Made by a program: the position numbers and the translations under genes
Assembly (NCBI GenBank): GCA_035525015.1
Contig: DATLFC010000038.1
Location: forward strand, 1 to 30,210
Direction: 5' to 3'
Length of the DNA: 30,210 nt
From: Thermoanaerobaculia bacterium
GTDB taxonomy: Bacteria; Acidobacteriota; Thermoanaerobaculia; Gp7-AA8
Notes under the pieces: generated by a model
What the model was told of the DNA's origin: nothing
What the model saw: only the letters and a program-made list of their open reading frames with translations
The model's database searches: none
Part shown: positions 1 through 8,934 of the stretch, one piece after another
How positions within the stretch are numbered: position 1 is the stretch's first letter
Layout of the letters: each line of letters starts with the position of its first letter

Positions 1-570
1 CGGGTGTTGCAGGTGATGAAGGAGGTCCCGCGGCATGAGTTCGTGCCGGATGCGCAGGTGGGGAACGCCTACCAGGATTCGCCGCTGCCGATCGGGTACG
101 GCCAGACGATCTCGCAGCCGTTCATCGTCGCGTACATGAGCGAGCAGCTCCAGGTCACTCCCGAATCGAAGGTGCTGGAGATCGGGACCGGATCGGGATA
201 TCAGGCCGCCGTCCTCGGGAAGCTGGCGAAGGAGGTCTACACGATCGAGATCGTACCGGAGCTGGCCCGAAGTGCCGCGGAGACACTGGAGCGTCTCGGA
301 TTTGAGAACGTGCACGTGCGCGCGGGCGACGGCTATCGCGGTTGGCCGGAAGAGGCGCCGTTCGATCGGATCATGGTCACCGCGGCACCAGACCACGTCC
401 CACGGCCGCTCATCGATCAACTCGCCGTCGGCGGCCGGATGATCATCCCGGTCGGCAACTACTACCAGCAGATCCGCATCCTGACGAAGACCCCGAAAGG
501 TGTGGTCGAGCAGCGAACGATCGACGTGATCTTCGTCCCGATGACCGGCGAGGCGCAGAAGAAGGAGTAG
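1..570 (+). CDS. pcm: protein-L-isoaspartate O-methyltransferase (5' end lies upstream of the window)
   Basis: ORF 4..570 translation carries the PCMT core (VPRHEFVP, GQTISQP, AdoMet motif LEIGTGSGYQAAVL). About 30 N-terminal residues of a typical PCMT are missing, so the gene starts before position 1. Confidence 0.85.
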   Translation, partial: RVLQVMKEVPRHEFVPDAQVGNAYQDSPLPIGYGQTISQPFIVAYMSEQLQVTPESKVLEIGTGSGYQAAVLGKLAKEVYTIEIVPELARSAAETLERLGFENVHVRAGDGYRGWPEEAPFDRIMVTAAPDHVPRPLIDQLAVGGRMIIPVGNYYQQIRILTKTPKGVVEQRTIDVIFVPMTGEAQKKE

Positions 571-609
571 CCCTCTACCGTCCGTAGCCCGTGCTATAAC
601 CGGCGGCGC

Positions 610-882
610 ATGGCGTCGAAGCGAACCAACGATTTCGAGAAGGCGTTTCAGCAGCTCGAGCAGATCGTGCAGCGGCTCGAGGGAGAGGAGCTGCCGCTCG
701 ATGAATCGCTCCGTCTCTTCGAGGAGGGCATCGGCCTCTCCCGCTTCTGCCACCAGCGCCTCGAGGAAGTGGAGAAGAAGATCGAGCTGATCCTGGCCGA
801 CGCCAAAGGGCAGCCGCGCACCGAGCCGTTCGAGGGCGAAGAGGAAGACGAGGCCGGCGGCGCCGAAGAGATCGAGTCGTGA
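610..882 (+). CDS. xseB: exodeoxyribonuclease VII small subunit
   Basis: 90-aa protein with XseB-like N-terminus (FEKAFQQLEQIVQRLE...LPLDESLRLFEEGIGL). ATG at 610. Its stop overlaps the GTG start of the next gene (GTGA). Confidence 0.85.
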   Translation: MASKRTNDFEKAFQQLEQIVQRLEGEELPLDESLRLFEEGIGLSRFCHQRLEEVEKKIELILADAKGQPRTEPFEGEEEDEAGGAEEIES

Positions 883-1772
883 TCGACGCCTGGCTTCGCG
901 AGCGGCGCACGCTCGTCGAGCAGACTCTCGACCGCCATCTCCCGCCCGCCGATACGCCCCCCGCCGTCATTCACGAAGCGATGCGCTACGCCGTCCTCGG
1001 TGGGGGGAAACGGGTGCGGCCCATCCTCGCCATCGCCGCCGCCGAGGCGGTCGGCGCCGACGCGACGCCGCTGCTGCAGGCCTTCGCGGCGCTCGAGCTG
1101 ATTCACACGTATTCACTCGTGCACGATGACCTGCCGGCTCTCGACGACGACGAGCTGCGCCGCGGAAGGAAAACGACCCACGTGGTGTACGGCGAGGCGA
1201 TGGGGATCCTGGCCGGCGACGCGCTGCTGACCGAGGCCTTCTCCTGGCTGTCGAAACCGATCGAGGGAGTGCCGGCGGAGCGGCAGCTTCGCGCGGTCGC
1301 GCTCGTGGCTCGGGCCGTCGATTCGACGGGGATGATCGGGGGACAGGTGGCCGATCTGGAGGCAACGGGGGCGGGTCAGGAGACCCGCGCGCCGAGAGAG
1401 GCGCTGGAGTTCATTCATCGGAACAAGACGGGGAAGCTGATCACGGCCTCGGTCCTTCTGGGTGGGACGCTCGGCGGAGCTACGGAGAAGCAGCTCGGCG
1501 CGCTCGAGCGCTACGGCGTTGCGCTGGGGCTGGCGTTCCAGATCGTCGACGATCTCCTCGACCAGGAGGAGTCTTCGGCGACACTCGGCAAGACTGCCGG
1601 GAAGGATGCGGCGCAGGGGAAGCTGACCTACCCGGCGGTGATGGGGGTCGAGGCGGCCCGGGCCGAGCTTGCTTCCCTGCTGGAAGGCGCTCTCGGCAAC
1701 GCTGGTATGATCGCCGGCCCCGTGAACTATCTGGGGGACATCGCGCGTTTCATCTGCGATCGCCGTTCTTAG
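879..1772 (+). CDS. ispA: polyprenyl (farnesyl/geranylgeranyl) diphosphate synthase
   Basis: Two aspartate-rich motifs (LVHDDLPALDDDELRRG and FQIVDDLLD) typical of trans-prenyltransferases. It sits between xseB and dxs as in the conserved xseB-ispA-dxs block. Confidence 0.9.
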   Translation: MIDAWLRERRTLVEQTLDRHLPPADTPPAVIHEAMRYAVLGGGKRVRPILAIAAAEAVGADATPLLQAFAALELIHTYSLVHDDLPALDDDELRRGRKTTHVVYGEAMGILAGDALLTEAFSWLSKPIEGVPAERQLRAVALVARAVDSTGMIGGQVADLEATGAGQETRAPREALEFIHRNKTGKLITASVLLGGTLGGATEKQLGALERYGVALGLAFQIVDDLLDQEESSATLGKTAGKDAAQGKLTYPAVMGVEAARAELASLLEGALGNAGMIAGPVNYLGDIARFICDRRS

Positions 1773-1779
1773 GACGCCC

Positions 1780-3705
1780 ATGACCAGAAGACTGCTCGAC
1801 AAGATCAATTCCCCGCTCGACCTGCGGAAACTCGACCGCGAACAGCTCCCGCAGGTGGCGGAGGAGATCCGCGAGCTGATCATCGACGTCGTCTCGCGCG
1901 TCGGCGGCCATTTCGGCGGCAACCTCGGCATCGTCGAGCTGACGCTGGCCCTCCACTACGTCTACCAGACGCCGCGCGACCAGATCGTCTTCGACACCGG
2001 GCATCAGAGCTATCCGCACAAGCTGATCACCGGCCGCCGCGACACGTTTCACACCATCCGTCAGCACAACGGGATCTCCGGCTTCTGCAAACGGGAGGAG
2101 TCGGAGTACGACGTCTTCAACGCGGGGCATGCCTCGACCTCGATCTCGGCCGCTCTCGGTGTCGCGGTGGCACGCGACTTCCGGAAAGAGGACTACAACG
2201 TCGTGGCCGTGATCGGCGACGGGGCGCTCTCAGGCGGGCTGGCGCTGGAAGGTCTGAACCAGGCGGGGCATCTGAAGCGGAAGCTGCTGATCGTCCTCAA
2301 CGACAACGACATGTCGATCTCGACGAACGTCGGCGCCATGTCGGGGTATCTGAACTCGATCATCAAAGGGCAGCGCTACAACCAGGCCAAGGATCTGGCC
2401 AAGGGAGTCATGGACCGCATTCCGCTGATCGGCGGCAAGCTCCACGGCCTGGCCTCCGAGGTGGAGGAGGTCCTGAAGCACATGGTCGTCCCCGGCACGC
2501 TGTTCGAGGAGCTGGGCTTCAAATACCTCGGGCCGTTCGACGGACACGACCTCGATCACCTCATCGATCTGTTCGAGGAGCAGAAGGACTACGACGGTCC
2601 GCTCCTCATTCACGTCATCACGAAGAAGGGAAAGGGCTACGTCCCGGCGGAGGACAAACCGATCTGGTCGCACGGGGTAACGCCGTTCGACATTCCGTCC
2701 GGCGACGTGAAGAAGTCGGACAAGCCGGCGCCGCCGACGTACACCGCCGTCTTCTCGGAGACGCTGATCGGGCTGGCAAAGAAAGATCCGAAGATCGTGG
2801 CCATTACCGCGGCGATGCCGGAGGGCACCGGCCTCGACAAGTTCGCGAAGGCACATCCGGGCCGAATGTTCGACGTCGGCATCGCCGAGGAACATGCGGT
2901 GACGTTTTCCGGCGGAATGGCGACGCAGGGGATGAAACCGATCGCGGCGATCTACTCGACGTTCCTGCAGCGGGCCTTCGATCAGGTGTTTCACGACGTC
3001 ACGATCATGGATCTGCCGGTGGTGTTCGCGCTCGATCGCGGCGGCATCGCCGGCGCGGATGGGCCGACGCACCACGGCATCTATGACATGGCCTACCTGC
3101 GGATCTTTCCGAACATGGTCTGCATGGCGCCGAAGGACGAGAACGAGCTGCGGCACATGCTCAAGACCGCGTTCGAGACGGGACATCCGACGTCGCTGCG
3201 CTATCCGCGCGGCAACGGCGTGGGCGTGCCGCTCGATGCGGAGGTCCGTTCGTTACCGGTCGGGAAGGGTGAAGTGATGCGCGAGGGGTCCGCCGGCGCG
3301 ATCTTCGCCATCGGGAACGAAGTCTGGCCGGCCGTCCACGCCGCGGAGGAGCTGGCGAAGGAAGGGATCAAGGTCGCCGTCATCAACGCGCGGTTCATCA
3401 AACCGCTCGACGACGAGCTGATCCGCCGCTACTGCACGCCGGGCGCGCACGTGATCACGGTCGAGGAAGGATCGCTGGCCGGCGGGTTCGGCTCCGCGGT
3501 GATGGAGCGTGTCGTCGAGCTCGGGATCGAAGGGGTGAAGTTCCACCGGATCGGCATCCCCGACGAGTACGTGCACCACGGCACGCAGGACGTGCTGCGC
3601 GCGCAATACGATCTGCACACCGAGGGGATCGCCCGCCGGGTCCGCGAGTTCCTGGCAGGGGAAGCCGGTAACGAGCGTCCGCGCGCCGTGTCATTCCGAG
3701 CGTAG
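1780..3705 (+). CDS. dxs: 1-deoxy-D-xylulose-5-phosphate synthase
   Basis: 641-aa transketolase-like protein with the Dxs N-terminus (LLDKINSPLDLRKL), a TPP-binding motif (GDGALSGG...NDN) and a C-terminal transketolase fold. ATG at 1780, 8 nt after the ispA stop. Confidence 0.95.
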   Translation: MTRRLLDKINSPLDLRKLDREQLPQVAEEIRELIIDVVSRVGGHFGGNLGIVELTLALHYVYQTPRDQIVFDTGHQSYPHKLITGRRDTFHTIRQHNGISGFCKREESEYDVFNAGHASTSISAALGVAVARDFRKEDYNVVAVIGDGALSGGLALEGLNQAGHLKRKLLIVLNDNDMSISTNVGAMSGYLNSIIKGQRYNQAKDLAKGVMDRIPLIGGKLHGLASEVEEVLKHMVVPGTLFEELGFKYLGPFDGHDLDHLIDLFEEQKDYDGPLLIHVITKKGKGYVPAEDKPIWSHGVTPFDIPSGDVKKSDKPAPPTYTAVFSETLIGLAKKDPKIVAITAAMPEGTGLDKFAKAHPGRMFDVGIAEEHAVTFSGGMATQGMKPIAAIYSTFLQRAFDQVFHDVTIMDLPVVFALDRGGIAGADGPTHHGIYDMAYLRIFPNMVCMAPKDENELRHMLKTAFETGHPTSLRYPRGNGVGVPLDAEVRSLPVGKGEVMREGSAGAIFAIGNEVWPAVHAAEELAKEGIKVAVINARFIKPLDDELIRRYCTPGAHVITVEEGSLAGGFGSAVMERVVELGIEGVKFHRIGIPDEYVHHGTQDVLRAQYDLHTEGIARRVREFLAGEAGNERPRAVSFRA

Positions 3706-3764
3706 CGAGGAACCCCCTGACGCAGAAGATCCTTCACCTGCTTCGCGGCTCAGGATGACACGGA
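3688..3764. repeat. REP-like palindromic element, copy A (embeds dxs stop and tlyA start)
   Basis: Left arm GTGTCATTCCGAGCG (contains the dxs TAG). Right arm CGCGGCTCAGGATGACACGG (contains the tlyA ATG). Confidence 0.6.
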
Positions 3765-4495
3765 AAACACGCCTCGACGTCGCTCTCGTCGAGCGCGGCC
3801 TCGTCGAGACGCGCGCGAAGGCGCAGTCGCTGATCATGGCCCGCCGCATCCTCGTCAACGGCGCGTACGTCGACAAGGCCGGCGCGCCGGTCGCCGCGGA
3901 CGACGAGCTGCGCATCGAGCAGCTCGAGCACCCCTGGGTCGGCCGTGGCGGGATGAAGCTCGACCACGCACTGCGCGAGTTCTCCATCGACGTGCGCGGA
4001 CGGGTCTGCGCCGACATCGGCGCCTCGACGGGCGGCTTCACCGACGTGATGCTGAAGAGCGGAGCGCGGAAGGTGTACGCGATCGACGTCGGCTACGGCC
4101 AGATCGACCAGTCCCTGCGCAACGATCCGCGCGTGGTGAACCGCGAAAAGGTGAACGCGCGGTATCTCACCGCCGCCGACTTCGAGGAACCGCTCGAGTT
4201 CGTCTCCATCGATGTCTCGTTCATCTCCCTGAAGCTGATCCTTCCTGCCGTACGCGAGCTCCTCCGCGGCGAGCTCGTGGCATTGATCAAGCCGCAGTTC
4301 GAGGTCGGCAAGCGCGACGTCGGTAAGGGCGGGATCGTCCGCGACGATGCCAGACGCGCCGCGGCGGTGGAAGCTGTCGCCGCCTTTGCGCGGGAGATCG
4401 GCTTCGAGGTGCGCGGCGTGATCGAGAGTCCGGTCAAAGGGGCCGAGGGGAACGTCGAGTATCTGATGTGGGCCGCTTCAGGCCCGCCTGGCTAA
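3755..4495 (+). CDS. tlyA: TlyA-family rRNA 2'-O-methyltransferase (S4 domain plus FtsJ-like methyltransferase)
   Basis: N-terminal S4 RNA-binding region (RLDVALVERGLVETRAKAQSLI) followed by the AdoMet motif DIGASTGGFTDV. Its start codon lies inside the right arm of REP-like element A. It follows dxs as yqxC does in Bacillus. Confidence 0.85.
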   Translation: MTRKTRLDVALVERGLVETRAKAQSLIMARRILVNGAYVDKAGAPVAADDELRIEQLEHPWVGRGGMKLDHALREFSIDVRGRVCADIGASTGGFTDVMLKSGARKVYAIDVGYGQIDQSLRNDPRVVNREKVNARYLTAADFEEPLEFVSIDVSFISLKLILPAVRELLRGELVALIKPQFEVGKRDVGKGGIVRDDARRAAAVEAVAAFAREIGFEVRGVIESPVKGAEGNVEYLMWAASGPPG

Positions 4496-5326
4496 GTAGT
4501 CCTGCAGCCCCTCCCGCCACGACTCCGGCCGCACGCCGGTCAGCCGCTCGTAGCGCTCGGTCGACAGCACCGAATAGGCGGGCCGTTTCGCCGGCCGCGG
4601 AAACTCCGCCGTCGACACCGGCTTCACCTCGGTGATCGCGCCGCTCTCCTCGACGATGGCCTTCGCGAAGTCGAACCAGCTGCACTCCGGCTCGTCGGCA
4701 TAGTGGACCACGCCGCGAGCCTGCGGGTGGCGGGCCAGCCGGATCACCGCCCTCGCCAGGTGCGGCGTGTACGTCGGCCGTCCCCGCTGATCCTCGACCA
4801 CGCGGAGGGGATCCGTCCCCTTCCGGATCTGATTGCGGATCGCTTCGACGAAGTTCGGCCCGTGGATCCCGAACAGCCACGACGTCCGGACGATCAGGTG
4901 CTGCGTTGCGTGTGCTGCAGCGATCTCGCCGAGGAGCTTCGATTGCCCGTAGGCGGAGATCGGTGACGTCGCATCGTTGATCTCGTACGGCGATCGCTTC
5001 GACCCGTCGAAGACGAAATCGGTCGACATCTGGATGAGCAGCGCGCCGGCCTCATTCGCTGCCTCGGCGAGCAGCTCCACGGCGGAGCCGTTGATTTTGT
5101 TCGCGGCGTGCTCGTTCTGTTCGGCATCATCGACCTTCGTGTACCCCGCGCAGTTGACGATGACGTTCGCCCCCGTCTCCTCTACGGCCGCGGCGACCGT
5201 GCGGCTGTCGGTGATGTCCAGCTCCGCATGGGTGAGGGAACGGAAATCGAGATCCTGCGACAGAAGCTCGTCGCGCAGGTCGACGCCGAACATGCCGCCG
5301 CCGCCGGTGATCAGCCAGCGGCTCAT
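4478..5326 (-). CDS. rfbD: dTDP-4-dehydrorhamnose reductase
   Basis: 282-aa protein with a Rossmann N-terminus (WLITGGGGMFG) and RmlD-like core (NCAGYTKVD...STDFVFDG). Its 3' end overlaps the tlyA 3' end by 18 nt (convergent). Confidence 0.85.
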   Translation of the reverse strand: MSRWLITGGGGMFGVDLRDELLSQDLDFRSLTHAELDITDSRTVAAAVEETGANVIVNCAGYTKVDDAEQNEHAANKINGSAVELLAEAANEAGALLIQMSTDFVFDGSKRSPYEINDATSPISAYGQSKLLGEIAAAHATQHLIVRTSWLFGIHGPNFVEAIRNQIRKGTDPLRVVEDQRGRPTYTPHLARAVIRLARHPQARGVVHYADEPECSWFDFAKAIVEESGAITEVKPVSTAEFPRPAKRPAYSVLSTERYERLTGVRPESWREGLQDYLARRA

Positions 5327-6105
5327 CGGCGCGGCGGACCGCCGCGCGGGTTCACCTGGACACGCACGCCATGGCTCGCCTTCCCAGCGATGAGATTCAT
5401 GACCATGAATGCATAGAGGAGGCGCGCGTTCACTCCGGCCGACAGCGGCGGCGTGTTGACCACATCGGCCAGTGAGCGCCGGCCGTCGACGCGATGGAGC
5501 AGATTCCTCTCATCCTCGTCGAGCACGAGCTCCGGCACCTCGTCATTCGTGCGGCTGATGACCGTGGAGCGCGTTCCGACGCGCGCGAGCAGCTCCTTCG
5601 CGTCGGGCATGTGCCGGACGCCTTCGATGATGGCCTGCGGGATCGGTATGTCGAGCTTGACGAATTCGCGGTGGCGATCGCGTCCCGGAACGAACGAGAC
5701 TTTGCCGCCGTCCCACGAAAACACGGACCAGACGATCTCCTGGATCTGCTCCCGAACCGCTTCCAGCATCCGCTCCGGCTCGAGCACGCGCATCTCGGTC
5801 AGGATCGTCCCCTGCCGTTTGTCCGTCGCCAGGAGACGGCGGACGCTCTCGTCGTACTGCTCCCGGGTGATCAATCCCTCGTTGAGCAGCCGGTCGCCGA
5901 GGGAGTCGCGGACCTGGTTCGAGGTGCCGAAGACGATGTGGCCGCGGTCGAGGAAGATCTCCTTCCGCTCGTTGCCGCGGTGGCAGTCGATCGTCCCTGG
6001 AGCCTTGTGCCGGTAGATGGTGACCAGGATCTCCGGAAGCGAAGTCTGGGTGAGATCGGTTTCGTAGACGGGACGTGGGGCGGCCGGGTCGCTCGGCGGG
6101 GTCAT
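5323..6105 (-). CDS. DUF4388-domain protein (N-terminal DUF4388-like segment; C-terminal half unassigned)
   Basis: The N-terminal segment (DLTQTSLPEILVTIYRHKAPGTIDC...IFLDRGHIVF) matches my recollection of the DUF4388 fold. The ATG at 6103-6105 is preferred over the in-frame TTG at 6111. There is a 4-nt ATGA overlap with rfbD and the gene starts 9 nt after the tatA stop. Confidence 0.55.
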   Translation of the reverse strand: MTPPSDPAAPRPVYETDLTQTSLPEILVTIYRHKAPGTIDCHRGNERKEIFLDRGHIVFGTSNQVRDSLGDRLLNEGLITREQYDESVRRLLATDKRQGTILTEMRVLEPERMLEAVREQIQEIVWSVFSWDGGKVSFVPGRDRHREFVKLDIPIPQAIIEGVRHMPDAKELLARVGTRSTVISRTNDEVPELVLDEDERNLLHRVDGRRSLADVVNTPPLSAGVNARLLYAFMVMNLIAGKASHGVRVQVNPRGGPPRR

Positions 6106-6113
6106 CCGCAAAC

Positions 6114-6326
6114 TCAGGCGTCGAGGCCTTGCGTCTTCTTCTCGTCGACGGCCTTGTCACCTTTGTTGGCCTTGGTGAGCCCGTCACGGAAGTTCGAGAT
6201 GCCCTCGCCGAGGCCCTTGCCGAGCTGCGGCAGACGGGAGGCGCCGAAGATCACCACGACGATGACCAGAATGACGAGAAGCTCAGCCATTCCGAGCCCC
6301 CCTATGAAAAGCATGTGTCCAGACAT
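6114..6326 (-). CDS. tatA: twin-arginine translocase subunit TatA/E
   Basis: 70-aa protein with one N-terminal TM helix (GGLGMAELLVILVIVVVIFG), then an amphipathic helix (LPQLGKGLGEGISNFRDGL) and a charged tail. A GGGAGG Shine-Dalgarno sits 4 nt upstream of the ATG. Confidence 0.8.
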   Translation of the reverse strand: MSGHMLFIGGLGMAELLVILVIVVVIFGASRLPQLGKGLGEGISNFRDGLTKANKGDKAVDEKKTQGLDA

Positions 6327-6353
6327 GAAGCCTCCCGTGGGTAGAACAGACTA

Positions 6354-6420
6354 TCTTGAATGTCATTCCGAGCGCCACCTCCCGCCCAGATTCCTCGCTG
6401 CGCTCGGAATGACTAAGATT
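6354..6420. repeat. REP-like palindromic element, copy B (divergent tatA/uvrD intergenic)
   Basis: Perfect 14-bp inverted repeat GTCATTCCGAGCGC / GCGCTCGGAATGAC with flanking extension, separated by about 24 nt. Confidence 0.65.
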
Positions 6421-6431
6421 CGGCCCCTGAC

Positions 6432-8705
6432 ATGATCGACCTCACAGGATTGAATAACCAGCAGAGAAAGGCTGTGACGCATGGCACCGGTCCCCTGCTC
6501 GTTCTGGCGGGCGCCGGGTCTGGGAAGACCCGGGTCATCACCTACCGGATCGCCTGGCTGATCGGGGAGGGGGGGGTCGCGCCGGCGCGAATTCTGGCCG
6601 TGACCTTCACGAACAAGGCCGCCAGCGAGATGCTGAGCCGGGTGGAGCACCTGGTTCCGCACATCGGGGCCCGTCCCTGGATCGGGACGTTCCACGCGAC
6701 GTCGCTTCGGATGCTGCGGCGCTACGCCGACCGTCTGGGGTACACGAAGTCGTTCGTGGTCTACGACACGGCCGATCAGCTGACGCTGATCCGGCGCTGC
6801 ATGCGCGAGCTGAACGTGAACGACGAGGCGTACCCTCCGCGGGCCGTGCTGACGCGCATCTCGCATGCGAAGAACGAGCTCATCGGGCCGGAGGAGTACG
6901 AGCGGACGAATCTCGACTTCTTCGGCGCGCGCGTGGCGGAGATCTACCGGATGTACCAGAAGCGGCTGCGCGAGTTCGACGCCATGGACTTCGATGACCT
7001 GATCGGCAGGTACGTCGAGCTGCTGGAAAAGAACGAGGACATCCGCGGCGAGTTGCACGAGCGTTTTCAGCACCTGCTCATCGACGAATACCAGGACACG
7101 AATCGCGCGCAGTACGTGCTGATCAAGCTTCTGGCGGGGCCGGAGGGGAATGTGATGGCGGTCGGTGACGAGGACCAGTCCATCTACAGGTTCCGCGGCG
7201 CCGACATCAACAACATCCTGAACTTCGAGAAGGATTTTCCGGGCGCCGAGATCATCAAGCTCGAGCAGAACTATCGCTCGACGGGCAACATCCTCGACGC
7301 CGCCACGGGAGTCGTCGCCAACAACATCGCCCGGAAAGGCAAACGGCTCTACACGGAGTCGGGAAGCGGCGACCCGGTGCGCATCGTGACCTGCAGCAAC
7401 GAGCGGGAAGAGGCGCAGTTCGTCATCGAGAAGATCACCGCGCAGCGTTCACGGATGAAGCTCTCCGACTTCGCGGTGCTCTTCCGGACCAACGCGCAGT
7501 CGCGGCCCTTCGAAGAAGAGCTTCTCCGCGCCAACATCCCCTACACGGTCGTCGGCGGCGTGAAGTTCTACGAGCGGGCCGAGATCAAGGACGTTCTCTC
7601 CTATCTGCGGCTGGCCATCCGGCCGCACGACACGCCGTCGATCGAGCGCGTCATCAACGCCCCCTCGCGTGGCATCGGTGACACGACCGTCAGCGCGCTC
7701 AGCGACGCGGCGACCCAGCAGAACGTGTCGCTCTGGACGGTGATCGAAGGGGATCTGGCTTTTCTGCCGACGCGGGCCTCCAAAGCGGTGCGCGAGTTTC
7801 GCGAGATCGTGCACGATCTGCAGCGCGCCGCCGCCAATCCGCTGCCGGAGCTCCTCGATTACCTGCTCCTCCGCACCGGCTATCGCCGCATGCTGAGTGA
7901 ATCGCGCGACATCCAGGATGAATCGAGGCTGGAGAACATCGACGAGCTCCTCAACTCCGCGCGGGAGTTCGCCGAGCAGAACACCTCCGCGAGCGTGTCC
8001 GACTACCTCGACTCCCTGACGCTCATGTCGGACCTCGACCGCTACGAGTCGCAGAAGGGCGTCACGCTGATGACGCTCCACTCGGCCAAGGGACTGGAGT
8101 TCAAGGTCGTGTTTCTGGCCGGCATGGATGAGGGCATCCTCCCGCACTCGAGCTCGCTCGAGCACCAGGAGGATCTCGAGGAGGAGCGGCGCCTCTGTTA
8201 CGTGGGGATGACGCGGGCTCGGGAGCAGCTCTACTGCATCCATTCGCGCGAGCGGCGGCTGCACGGGAGGTTCCGGGAGCAGTCGCCGTCGCCGTTCCTC
8301 AGCGAGATTCCGGAGGAGGTGAAGGAGGAGGTGGGGATGCGGCGCGCCTCGTGGGCTCCTTCGCGGCCGGCGCGCCCCTCACCCGGCGCGAAGCCCGCCC
8401 TGAGCGGAGCCGAAGGGCGCCACCCTCTCCCCGCTGCGCGGGGCGAGGGGACGGCGGCGGCGGTGGCTTCGTTTTTCGAGGGGTCGGCGGTGCAGTTCGA
8501 TCCCTCGGCGATCCGGCCGGCGGCGAAGAGCGACACGTCGCGGCCCGATCTGAAGCGGGGGCAGCGCGTCCGGCACGAGATGTTCGGCGACGGCACGATT
8601 CTGACAATGGAGGGATCGGGGCCCGACGCGAAGCTGACCGTCTATTTCGAGCGCGCCGGGTCGAAGAAGTTCATCGCCAAATACGCCAAGCTGACCAGGA
8701 TCTGA
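6432..8705 (+). CDS. uvrD: ATP-dependent DNA helicase PcrA/UvrD with an Ala/Pro-rich linker and a C-terminal Tudor-like domain
   Basis: Walker A (LVLAGAGSGKTRVIT) and SF1 helicase motifs (DEYQDTN, LEQNYRST, VTLMTLHSAKGLEF). The low-complexity linker and KRGQRVRHEMFGDGTIL... tail are typical of the PcrA C-terminal domain. Confidence 0.9.
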   Translation: MIDLTGLNNQQRKAVTHGTGPLLVLAGAGSGKTRVITYRIAWLIGEGGVAPARILAVTFTNKAASEMLSRVEHLVPHIGARPWIGTFHATSLRMLRRYADRLGYTKSFVVYDTADQLTLIRRCMRELNVNDEAYPPRAVLTRISHAKNELIGPEEYERTNLDFFGARVAEIYRMYQKRLREFDAMDFDDLIGRYVELLEKNEDIRGELHERFQHLLIDEYQDTNRAQYVLIKLLAGPEGNVMAVGDEDQSIYRFRGADINNILNFEKDFPGAEIIKLEQNYRSTGNILDAATGVVANNIARKGKRLYTESGSGDPVRIVTCSNEREEAQFVIEKITAQRSRMKLSDFAVLFRTNAQSRPFEEELLRANIPYTVVGGVKFYERAEIKDVLSYLRLAIRPHDTPSIERVINAPSRGIGDTTVSALSDAATQQNVSLWTVIEGDLAFLPTRASKAVREFREIVHDLQRAAANPLPELLDYLLLRTGYRRMLSESRDIQDESRLENIDELLNSAREFAEQNTSASVSDYLDSLTLMSDLDRYESQKGVTLMTLHSAKGLEFKVVFLAGMDEGILPHSSSLEHQEDLEEERRLCYVGMTRAREQLYCIHSRERRLHGRFREQSPSPFLSEIPEEVKEEVGMRRASWAPSRPARPSPGAKPALSGAEGRHPLPAARGEGTAAAVASFFEGSAVQFDPSAIRPAAKSDTSRPDLKRGQRVRHEMFGDGTILTMEGSGPDAKLTVYFERAGSKKFIAKYAKLTRI

Positions 8706-8846
8706 GAGATGGTGAAAAAGAGGATCGTCGATAACCGGAACCGCCCCGCCCAGCCCGAGCCGGGGCAGGATCCGGCCGTGAAGAAAGTGCCGGTGCGCAA
8801 ACAGGGGACCAGGCCCACGCCGAAGCGGAAGATGACGAGGGAAAAA

Positions 8847-8930
8847 GTGTCATCCTGAGCGCCGCAGAGCGCGAAGGATCTCCCACCCGCAGGGGGTCCT
8901 TCGCCGTCTTCGCGGCTCAGGATGACACGG
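8847..8930. repeat. REP-like palindromic element, copy C (between convergent uvrD-side and TPR gene ends)
   Basis: Arms GTGTCATCCTGAGCGCCGCAGAGCGCGAAGGA ... TCCTTCGCCGTCTTCGCGGCTCAGGATGACACGG form a long imperfect hairpin. Confidence 0.6.
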
Positions 8931-8934
8931 TGGG

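Noticed and set aside
1113-3186. Minus-strand ORFs 1113..1931, 1750..2130 and 2230..3186 antisense to ispA/dxs
   Set aside because: They lie antisense to highly conserved enzymes and are low-complexity, so they are artefacts of GC-rich sequence.
5494-6435. 313-aa plus-strand ORF antisense to the DUF4388 and tatA genes
   Set aside because: Typical high-GC antisense open frame with Arg/Pro/Ala-rich low-complexity translation and no recognisable domain. The opposite strand has clear homology-supported genes.
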